Source of the DNA: an uncultured Gemmatimonadaceae bacterium
GTDB taxonomy: Bacteria; Gemmatimonadota; Gemmatimonadetes; Gemmatimonadales; Gemmatimonadaceae
Assembly: GCA_963781585.1 (NCBI GenBank)
Contig: CAWAGQ010000004.1
Location: 960,001 to 1,024,000, forward strand
Direction: 5' to 3'
DNA: 64,000 nt
Shown here: positions 17,198-25,011 of the stretch, one piece after another
How positions within the stretch are numbered: position 1 is the first letter of the stretch
Layout of the letters: each line of letters starts with the position of its first letter
The notes under the pieces: model-generated
What the model saw: only the letters and a program-made list of their open reading frames with translations
Database searches by the model: none
What the model was told of the DNA's origin: nothing
Program-made: the position numbers and the translations under genes

Positions 17198-20100
17198 CAG
17201 CGGGCGCCTCCGGCCGGTTCGGGATGATTCACCTTTCGCAGGTAGACCACCGCGGTGAACGTGTTGAGTTCCTCGAAGACGTGATAGGCGCGCTGGTCCT
17301 CCACCTGCCTGGCCACCGTCCACGTCTCGTCAGCGGCGTCACCGAACACGATCGCGCGCGACGGACAGGCCGCGGCACACGACGTGGTGAACTCGTCAGG
17401 CCGCAGGTCGCGGTTCTCGAGCTTGGCGAGACTCTCGGCTTCCCGGATGCGCTGCACGCAGAACGTGCACTTCTCCATCACGCCCTTGCCGCGCACCGTG
17501 ACGTCGGGATTGAGCTGGAGGTTGAGGGGATACGGGAACGCATACTGGCGGCGCGCCGGTTCCCCATACCCGAACCAGTTGAAGTAGCGCACCTTGTACG
17601 GACAACCGTTCGAGCAGTAGCGCGTGCCCACGCATCGGTTGTAGACCTGGACGTTCAGACCGTCGGGCGAGTGGTACGTCGCATACACGGGACAGACCGG
17701 CTCGCACGGCGCGTTGCCGCACTGCTGGCAGAGCATCGGCACGAATCGTGTCTCGAACTCGGCGCCGCCCTCCTCGCCGCCCTCGAAGTATCGCTCGAGG
17801 CGAATCCAGGTCATCTCGCGACCCTTCAGGATGTTCGCGCCCGGCGTCGCGTCCCAGCCGCTGGCGTCCTCGCTCGTGGTCGGGCGCAGCGCCCTCCCCT
17901 GCCATCGCGCCCCCACGGTCGGGATGTTGTTCTCGGCGGAACACGCCACGAGACAGGCGGAGCAGCCGGTGCACCGGGCGAGGTCGATCGTCATTGCCCA
18001 GCGCCGGCGGGTCATCCCGCTCCAGTGGTCCGGCGCGTACATGCCCTTGTTGTTCGACGACTGGCTCCCGAGGTTGCCTTCGGCGTCGTTGGCGACCGGC
18101 GCCCGCAGACCCGGCAGGAATTCGTGTGACGCGTCTCCCGGGAGCTGCGGCTCCTCACGCCGCGGGATCTGGCCGGACGCGAGTTGCGCCGCGGTCACCG
18201 CCTGGGCGATGCCGCGCCCATGCTGGCGCGCCGATCCCTCGGTGGTGACCAGAGGCGAGTTCCCATCGGCCTTCGCCACCCGCGCCCGTACCTGGGTGAG
18301 CGCCAGCTGGCCGGCCGCGTTCCAGCTCGCGCCTAACGCATCGAGCGGATTGACGCCGATGCCCTGGGCGTATCGGCCGTACGAGGTGTGGCCACGACCG
18401 AGGGCCACTGCGACCGTATCTGCGCGCACGCCAAGATAGACGTAGGCTGGCGCCGTGATGCTGCCGGCCGGGGTGGTGACCGTCAGGTGGTCGCCGTTCT
18501 CGACACCGAGTCGCGCGGCCGCCGACGGATGGATCTCGATCCACGATTGCCACGAGATCTTGGTGACCGGATCGGCCAGCTCCTGCAGCCAGGGCTTGTT
18601 CCCGCCGGCACCGGTGCCCAGCACGGGGGACGGGTAGGCGACCAGGAAGAAGTCGCCGTCGCCGGTAATGGCCGGCGTGGCTGCCGTCGCGAGCGCCGGC
18701 TGATGCGCCGCATCCCGGGCGATCGCACTCCCGTGGCCCAGCCCGCTCTCCAGCGCCTGGGTGAAGCCCCCCATCCCCGTGGGATAGTGCGCCAGCAGCC
18801 ACTCGCGATACGTCTTCCACGGGAATCGCGCCGACTGCGACGGGTCGCCTCCAGCCAACTGGAGCAACACGTCGGCCGCGGCGCGGGTATCGAACACCCG
18901 CTCCATCACCGGCTGTTGGAGTGCCAGCGTCCCGTGCACCGGCTCGGCGTCACCCCACGCTTCCAGCGGGTGATCGTCAGGCAGGATCAGGTCGCACTGC
19001 TCGCTCGTCTCGTCGGGATAGCTCGAGAACGACACCTTGAACGGGACCTGGTCCATCGCGGCCGCGAACTGCAGCGAGCGCGGCGCGTCGAATACCGGAT
19101 TGGCGCCCCGCACGAACAGCAGTTCCACCTGGTTGCCGTTCATCTCGCGGGTGAGCTCGGCCAGCGCCATGCTGCCGCCGACGCCGCCGAACGTCGTGAT
19201 TGCCTCGGCGGGCTTGATCGTGGCGCCCACGTTCCCGGCCGCCTTGTTGATCCGAGCGACGGTCTGTGCGACCAGGTGCGCGTCGGGCGTCGAGACGCCC
19301 GAGACCACCAGGCTCGGTTTGGCAGCGACGAGTTCGCCGGCCAGGCGCTGGAGCTGCGCTTCGGCGACGCCGCTGGCATCGGCGGCATCCTTGAACGAAC
19401 CCCCGCCGCCTAACGAGGCGAGCAGGGCACCGGCGATCGCGCCCTCGCTGCCGGGCTTGCAGGCGAGCCACTCGTCGGCGTTGAGACCGGTGAGCGAACG
19501 CCGGGGACCGATATAAACGAATCGCGGCGCGTTCTGCAGGCGCGCCCGGGCCTGTGCGAAGTCGAGCTGCTGGGGCACATTCGCTCCCCAGGTCTCGAGA
19601 AAGTCCGCGCCGAACGACACGATCAGACGCGCCGCCCCGAAATCGAGCGCCGGCCACAGCGCTCCGTATTCCTGCGCATTCACGGCGCGGGCGACGAGAT
19701 CCGCCTCGCTGTCGACCACCAGATGGCCGCCGAAGCCGAACCCCGCCATCCACTGATCGATGAACGCGGGAAAGCTGCCCGCCTCGTGGCGCGAGAGAAA
19801 TCGAACCGCGCGACGCGACCGGACAGCGCGCAGGCGATCGCCGAGCAGCTGCAGCGCCGCGTCCCACGTGGTCGGTGACAGGCGACCGGCCTGGCGCAGC
19901 ATCGGCCCGCGGAACCGGTCGGGATTGTACAACCCCTGCAGCGCCGCCTGACCCCGCGCGCAGAGCGCGCCGCGATTCACCGGATGCTCGGGATTCCCCT
20001 CGAGCTTGATCGCGCGCCCATCGCGCACCTCGGCCACCACCCCGCACCCGGCCGAACATTCCCGGCACAGCGTGCTGTAGTACGTGGACACGCCCGGCAC

Positions 20101-20229
20101 CGTGTGATCCGGCGACATGAGGTAGGGCACGAGCTTCTCGACCTGCTCCTGATAGCAGCCCACGGCGGTGGTGGCCGCGCCGGCCGCGCCGAGGACTTTG
20201 AGAAACTCGCGTCTCCGCACTCCGCTCAT
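17197..20229 (-). CDS. actB: Alternative complex III subunit ActB (molybdopterin-oxidoreductase-like domain fused to Fe-S domain)
   Basis: Tat signal RRREFLK with lipobox AVGC; KPWLQELADPVTKISW; C-terminal CTGCSACLVAC, CQQCGNAPCEPVC, CVGTRYCSNGC, CTFC...CAAAC. Confidence 0.92.
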   Translation of the reverse strand: MSGVRRREFLKVLGAAGAATTAVGCYQEQVEKLVPYLMSPDHTVPGVSTYYSTLCRECSAGCGVVAEVRDGRAIKLEGNPEHPVNRGALCARGQAALQGLYNPDRFRGPMLRQAGRLSPTTWDAALQLLGDRLRAVRSRRAVRFLSRHEAGSFPAFIDQWMAGFGFGGHLVVDSEADLVARAVNAQEYGALWPALDFGAARLIVSFGADFLETWGANVPQQLDFAQARARLQNAPRFVYIGPRRSLTGLNADEWLACKPGSEGAIAGALLASLGGGGSFKDAADASGVAEAQLQRLAGELVAAKPSLVVSGVSTPDAHLVAQTVARINKAAGNVGATIKPAEAITTFGGVGGSMALAELTREMNGNQVELLFVRGANPVFDAPRSLQFAAAMDQVPFKVSFSSYPDETSEQCDLILPDDHPLEAWGDAEPVHGTLALQQPVMERVFDTRAAADVLLQLAGGDPSQSARFPWKTYREWLLAHYPTGMGGFTQALESGLGHGSAIARDAAHQPALATAATPAITGDGDFFLVAYPSPVLGTGAGGNKPWLQELADPVTKISWQSWIEIHPSAAARLGVENGDHLTVTTPAGSITAPAYVYLGVRADTVAVALGRGHTSYGRYAQGIGVNPLDALGASWNAAGQLALTQVRARVAKADGNSPLVTTEGSARQHGRGIAQAVTAAQLASGQIPRREEPQLPGDASHEFLPGLRAPVANDAEGNLGSQSSNNKGMYAPDHWSGMTRRRWAMTIDLARCTGCSACLVACSAENNIPTVGARWQGRALRPTTSEDASGWDATPGANILKGREMTWIRLERYFEGGEEGGAEFETRFVPMLCQQCGNAPCEPVCPVYATYHSPDGLNVQVYNRCVGTRYCSNGCPYKVRYFNWFGYGEPARRQYAFPYPLNLQLNPDVTVRGKGVMEKCTFCVQRIREAESLAKLENRDLRPDEFTTSCAAACPSRAIVFGDAADETWTVARQVEDQRAYHVFEELNTFTAVVYLRKVNHPEPAGGAR

Positions 20230-20236
20230 GCGCGCC

Positions 20237-20881
20237 TCAGAAGTGACAGACGGAACAGTCGTATCGCGCCTTCTTCACCGGCACCGCTTCATCGGCCGCG
20301 GTCGGTGTCACACCCGCCGCGCGCAGCCCGTCGGCCAGACTGTAGCCATTGACGTGGCACTTGACGCACCAGCCCATGTTCAGCGAGGAGAACTGGTACA
20401 CGCGCATCATGGTCTGGATGGGGCCGTGACAGGTCTGGCACGTCACGCCGGCATTCACGTGCCGCATGTGCGGGAAGTGCACGTACTCGGGCAGCTTGTG
20501 GATCCTGATCCACGGAATGCGCTGCCACTTGTCCGGTTGATTCGCCGGCGCGAAGCGCAACAGCTGCGCCAGCCCGGGGCTGCTCTGCACCGGCGTCCCG
20601 CGCCCCATCTGCAGCTGCGCCGCCGAGTTGACGAGGTTGTGGCAGCCCATGCACGTGCTCACGGCCGGGAGGCCGGGATCGGGCGACTTGTACGCGGCGT
20701 AGTGGCAGTAGATGCAGTTGATGCCCAGCACCTGGACGTGCCGGGGGTGCGGGAAATCAACCGGTTGGAGCGGCGCGAAGCCCTGGGAGGAAGAGGCACC
20801 GCTGTAGGCCGATAGACCTAACGCGGCTATCGCAATCGCGAAGAACGCAGGGACCAGCACCCACGTTCGCCGGCTTCTCAT
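20237..20881 (-). CDS. actA: Alternative complex III pentaheme cytochrome c ActA
   Basis: Five CxxCH motifs (CIYCH, CMGCH, CQTCH, CVKCH, CSVCH); QPVDFPHPRH; N-terminal TM; start ATG 20881. Confidence 0.92.
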   Translation of the reverse strand: MRSRRTWVLVPAFFAIAIAALGLSAYSGASSSQGFAPLQPVDFPHPRHVQVLGINCIYCHYAAYKSPDPGLPAVSTCMGCHNLVNSAAQLQMGRGTPVQSSPGLAQLLRFAPANQPDKWQRIPWIRIHKLPEYVHFPHMRHVNAGVTCQTCHGPIQTMMRVYQFSSLNMGWCVKCHVNGYSLADGLRAAGVTPTAADEAVPVKKARYDCSVCHF

Positions 20882-20927
20882 CGACAGAGCACGATGGAGG
20901 ATGAAGGAGGGAGAGGGTGCTGGCGCC

Positions 20928-20945
20928 TTGTGAACAATTTCACAA
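20928..20945. promoter_or_regulatory. Rex operator upstream of actA
   Basis: TTGTGAACAATTTCACAA, an exact match to the Rex consensus TTGTGAA-N4-TTCACAA. Confidence 0.8.
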
Positions 20946-21110
20946 GTTCGGAATTCAGCGGCGAAAAATGACGGAGTGTCACCTGACACGCAAGAGAGAG
21001 GATCGGTGCCCATTCGCCGCGCCATTCCTCGGGCGGCCACGGTCGCGAAATACGCGCACATCCAGCACGCACGCCGCGATCACGCGCCGCAGAATCAGCG
21101 CACGGCTGCG

Positions 21111-21899
21111 CTAGCTCAGCTCGAGTTGGCCCAGCTGAACCGGGCGCAGCGCATCCGGCAGCAACGCGAGATTCGCCCGCGGCGTCTGCGCCAGTCGGAG
21201 GGGCCATCCGCTGCCGTAGACGAAGTGGCGCGCTCCGACCGAGCGCAGCAAATGGGCGAAGTCGTCTTCGGGCGGTCCCCAGATCCAGCTGATGTCCCAG
21301 CACACCCGGTCGCGCTCCTCAGCGGTGAGGCCCCAGTGCACCTCCTCGATCAGCCCGCGCCCGGCCGCCGTGACAACGAGGCGCGCCCCCGTGCCGGCGC
21401 GTGCCAGTTCGCGAATCGTCGTGCCGGACAGGTCCGGTGCAACATCGATCGCGTGGCGCTGTCGCGCGTCCTCGAACCGCACGGTCAGGAGGACGGCCAA
21501 CCGGTACTGCGCGGCGGCGGCGGCAAGCTCGACCATCGCCGCATGGCCCGGAGCCAGCCCACACGTCTGCGGATATATTCGAATCGCCCGCGCGCCGAGG
21601 TCCACCGCGCGCTGGAGTGCGTCGCGCCATCCCGGCCAGTCGGGACGAATCGCGGGCGCCGCCAGCAGCCGATCGCGGTGGGGAGCAAGCGCCGACACGA
21701 GCGCGGCGTTCCCGGCGGCCGGGTCCCGATAGAACGCGGCCGGGAGGTATCCCACCCAGGCGCGTTGCACGCCCTCCCGATCCAGCACCCTAACGAGCGC
21801 ATCCGGATCGGGGTGCGGGACATGGCGGAACGGATACGGTCCGATGAACGTGTTGACGTCGAGCGGAATGCCGGCGCCTGACGCCGACGCTCCGGTCAC
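21111..21899 (-). CDS. Amidohydrolase-fold (TIM barrel) protein, degenerate metal site
   Basis: LDVNTFIGPYPFR, AIRIYP, RHFVYGSGWPL; GTG start overlaps the upstream TGA. Confidence 0.75.
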   Translation of the reverse strand: MTGASASGAGIPLDVNTFIGPYPFRHVPHPDPDALVRVLDREGVQRAWVGYLPAAFYRDPAAGNAALVSALAPHRDRLLAAPAIRPDWPGWRDALQRAVDLGARAIRIYPQTCGLAPGHAAMVELAAAAAQYRLAVLLTVRFEDARQRHAIDVAPDLSGTTIRELARAGTGARLVVTAAGRGLIEEVHWGLTAEERDRVCWDISWIWGPPEDDFAHLLRSVGARHFVYGSGWPLRLAQTPRANLALLPDALRPVQLGQLELS

Positions 21900-22804
21900 C
21901 TGCCGGCTCCGCTCGCGGCGCCGGCCACTGTCGGTTCGCGCGGATCGGACCGCGCCGCTCCGATCCCCGGGAAGGCCGCCGCCGGAAAGATCCGGAGCGC
22001 GTTCCGCCACCGGATGGCGGCGAGGTCATCCTGCCCAAGCCCGATCTCCGCCAGCGCCCACAGCTTCGCGAGTCCGGTCTCCAGGGTCACGTCGGCGCCC
22101 CACAGCAGGCGGCCGCAGCCCACCGCCTCGATGGCGGCGTCCAGCATCCCACGATCGACCCCGCTGCCGGACAGATCGAGATACACGTTAGGCACGGCGC
22201 GGACCGCGGCCAGTGTGTGCGCATAGTCCCCCCCGCCACCAAGATGAGCCAGGATCAGCGCCGCGCGCGGATGCCTCCGCGCCAGCTCGGCCACCTCGAC
22301 GCCGTCCGAGCAATCCTGTCCGGCCACGCTGGGAAACCGTCGCTGCCACACGTGCTGGAGGATCGGCAGGCCGCGCACCGCGGCGAATTCGGCGATCGGA
22401 TCAACCACCCGATCGTTGGCCCGGCGCGCCGCCGCCAGCTTGATCCCCACCGCGCCTGACGCGAGACACCGCTCCAGCTCGGCGATCGCCGCCGGACCGT
22501 CGTTGGGGTTGACCGCCGCATACGTCCGCACCCGGTCGGGCCACGCCCGCTGGAGAGCCAGCATCTCGTCGTTCCCGCGCACGGTGTCGTCCAGCGACTG
22601 GAAGTACACGGGCGAGGTCGCACCCCAGCTTCCAAGAATCGACGAAACGTGCCAGGTGACGCCGATGCGCTCGCCGGCGCGCAGTCGGGCGTCGTTCAGC
22701 TCGCGCCAGTTGGCGCGCCCGCACCCCGCGTAGTAGAAGTGTGCGTGGACGTCGATGAGCGGGGCCGAGCCGCCCAACGGGGCGCCCGCACCGCGCACCG
22801 TCAC
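21896..22804 (-). CDS. Amidohydrolase_2 family metal-dependent hydrolase
   Basis: IDVHAH, ILQH, ILAHLGGG, YLDLSGS, LLWGAD. Confidence 0.85.
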   Translation of the reverse strand: MTVRGAGAPLGGSAPLIDVHAHFYYAGCGRANWRELNDARLRAGERIGVTWHVSSILGSWGATSPVYFQSLDDTVRGNDEMLALQRAWPDRVRTYAAVNPNDGPAAIAELERCLASGAVGIKLAAARRANDRVVDPIAEFAAVRGLPILQHVWQRRFPSVAGQDCSDGVEVAELARRHPRAALILAHLGGGGDYAHTLAAVRAVPNVYLDLSGSGVDRGMLDAAIEAVGCGRLLWGADVTLETGLAKLWALAEIGLGQDDLAAIRWRNALRIFPAAAFPGIGAARSDPREPTVAGAASGAGR

Positions 22805-24168
22805 GCGCGCTCCTTCATCTCATCCACCAGCGCGACGCAGGCCGAGCTGGCCGCCCGCTCGATCTCCACCAGGATCTCGTCCTCCCCGTGCGCGAGCGCC
22901 GCGTAGTTGTAGGCCCCTCGCTTGAACAGCACGCCCTCCCGCACCGCCAGCTCGAGAAAGCGGCGCTCCCATCGCGAATCGTCGAACCGCAACAGCCACA
23001 TCGGGTCGATGCCGGCCACCTCGACACCGGACAGTCCGCTCGCCTGCACCGCGCCGACCAGGCTCTCCCGCATCCGTGAACCGATCTGCCATAACGAGTC
23101 GCAGACGTCCTGCTGCTCGTACGAATCCAGCACCGCACCGACCGCCGCCAGGGCTATCGCTTCACCGGCCAGGGTGGAGGAGATCCACGTGGACTCCGCT
23201 GCCTCCATGATCGCCGCGCGTCCAACCACCGCGGCAATCGGGTAGCCGTTCGACATCGCTTTGCCGAACGTCGCCAGGTCGGGCTGCACTGAGGCGTACT
23301 CCTGGTAGCCGCCTGGCCGCAGCCGGAATCCCGTCTTCATCTCGTCGAAGACCAGCACCGCGCCCAGTTCGTCGCACAGGCGTCGCGCGGCGGCCACCCA
23401 TTCCCCCGACGGCAGCCGCTCGATGACCGGCTCGAGCACCACCGCCGCCAGCTCGCCGCCCGCCGCCCGGCAGGCCCGGTCGAGCGCGCCGACGTCATCG
23501 AACGGAACGGCGTCGAAATCCGCGTGCGCCGCCGCCGGAATCCCGAGGCCGCTGCTCCACCAGTCGAGCCAGCCGAAATATCCGCAGCCGACGACCTGGG
23601 ACCGCGACGTCGCCGCGCGGGCAAGCCGGACTGCCGCCGCGACCGCTTCGGCGCCGCTCTTCAGGAAGCGCACCTGCTCCGCGCACGGAATCACATCGCA
23701 GAGCCGTTCGGCGATCTCCACTTCGCCCGTGTGCGCCAACCCGCCGACGTGTCCGCTTGCGGCGGCGGTGACCACCGCGCGCGTGATCGTCTCGTCGCCG
23801 TAGCCGATCGCCACCGAACCGAGCGCCATGGTGCAATCGAGCAGGCGGGACTCCGATGGCGTGAGGAGATAACAGCCGTTGGCGCGTACGAAATGTGTCG
23901 GCCCCTCCTCGTTCCCTTCGCCATAGAGGGCCGCGGCGCGCTTGCTCCCGGTGGACGAGCTCCCCGGGATGACGTCGCGCGCACGGTCGCGCCACGAGCG
24001 CTCGACGGCCTCCATGTCGAAGTCCTGCTCGGGAAGCAGCCCGCTCTCATCGATTGCGCTCTCGTCCACGGCGCTCTCGTCGTCGGCGCCCGCGGGTTCG
24101 CTCGTCCCGGGTTCCACATCGGGCGGGCTATCCGGATCGCGCTTGCGGAAGAAGCGGCCGAGGGGCAT
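22801..24168 (-). CDS. Class-III PLP aminotransferase (glutamate-1-semialdehyde aminomutase-like)
   Basis: VRFLKSGAEA, VLVFDEMKTGFR, PDLATFGKAMSNGYPIAAV (PLP Lys). Confidence 0.88.
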   Translation of the reverse strand: MPLGRFFRKRDPDSPPDVEPGTSEPAGADDESAVDESAIDESGLLPEQDFDMEAVERSWRDRARDVIPGSSSTGSKRAAALYGEGNEEGPTHFVRANGCYLLTPSESRLLDCTMALGSVAIGYGDETITRAVVTAAASGHVGGLAHTGEVEIAERLCDVIPCAEQVRFLKSGAEAVAAAVRLARAATSRSQVVGCGYFGWLDWWSSGLGIPAAAHADFDAVPFDDVGALDRACRAAGGELAAVVLEPVIERLPSGEWVAAARRLCDELGAVLVFDEMKTGFRLRPGGYQEYASVQPDLATFGKAMSNGYPIAAVVGRAAIMEAAESTWISSTLAGEAIALAAVGAVLDSYEQQDVCDSLWQIGSRMRESLVGAVQASGLSGVEVAGIDPMWLLRFDDSRWERRFLELAVREGVLFKRGAYNYAALAHGEDEILVEIERAASSACVALVDEMKERA

Positions 24169-24231
24169 GGCGGAAAGTAATGCCCCGCCGCGCAGGCCGC
24201 CGGGCGCCTGCGTCGGCCGGCCGCGCGCCGC

Positions 24232-25011
24232 CTACTCGTCCGCGGCCCGTGGGCCGATGGACCCGCGGGAGCCGCGCAGCCGCCGGATGTACTTCACGAC
24301 CTCGATCGCCATCGCGCGGAGGAGCGAGAGTTCGCGGGCGTTCGGTTCCGCGCGCCAGCCGAGCGACCGGAAAGACCGAAGGACGCGGTCGCGGTTTCGG
24401 GTCTTGAAGAAGTCGATGGCGTCGAGCGCCCGCTCGGCGTCCTGGAAGTAGCGCTCCATTGCCTCGGCGGTGGGGGGCGGGGCGTCCTTGCGCGGGGGGC
24501 GGCGAGGGCGGGTGGCGTCGCCGGCCGCGACGTGGAGTTCGTAGAGCCCGACCATGACCGCCTGCGCCAGATTCAGCGATGCGTGGGCGGTGGTGGGAAT
24601 GACCACGTGGAGCGCCGCCCGGTCGAGCGCTTCGTTAGGCAGACCGCGGTCCTCGCGCCCGAACACGATGGCCACCGGACCGGTGCCGGCCGCCGCGAGC
24701 AATCGCTCGGCGGCCGGGCGCGGGCCGGTCACTGCCCATTTCGCCGCCCGGCGCCGGGCCGTGAACGCCGCCACCAGCACGCAGTCCGCCACCGCCGCCT
24801 GCAGGGTGTCGAAGATCCGCGTGCGACCGACGACATCCAGAGTATCGTGCGCGATGCCCTGAATCCGGCGCACGTCGAACTCGGCGGGGCGAACCAGCCG
24901 GAGTTCCGGCACACCCATGTTCTTCATCGCCCGCATGGTGGCCGCGATGTTGAGCAGGTCCTGCGTTTCGTGCAGCACGACCCGCACGTCCGCCAGCGCC
25001 GAACGGCTCAT
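24232..25011 (-). CDS. trmJ: TrmJ/LasT-family SPOUT RNA methyltransferase
   Basis: VRVVLHETQDLLNIAATMRAMKNMG, IVFGREDRGLPNE, HASLNLAQAV; start ATG 25011. Confidence 0.85.
   Translation of the reverse strand: MSRSALADVRVVLHETQDLLNIAATMRAMKNMGVPELRLVRPAEFDVRRIQGIAHDTLDVVGRTRIFDTLQAAVADCVLVAAFTARRRAAKWAVTGPRPAAERLLAAAGTGPVAIVFGREDRGLPNEALDRAALHVVIPTTAHASLNLAQAVMVGLYELHVAAGDATRPRRPPRKDAPPPTAEAMERYFQDAERALDAIDFFKTRNRDRVLRSFRSLGWRAEPNARELSLLRAMAIEVVKYIRRLRGSRGSIGPRAADE

Noticed and set aside
22801..24168. Calling the aminotransferase hemL
   Set aside because: It lacks the GVNSPVR and YHG motifs of true HemL (has GSSSTGSK and YFG) and has no tetrapyrrole context
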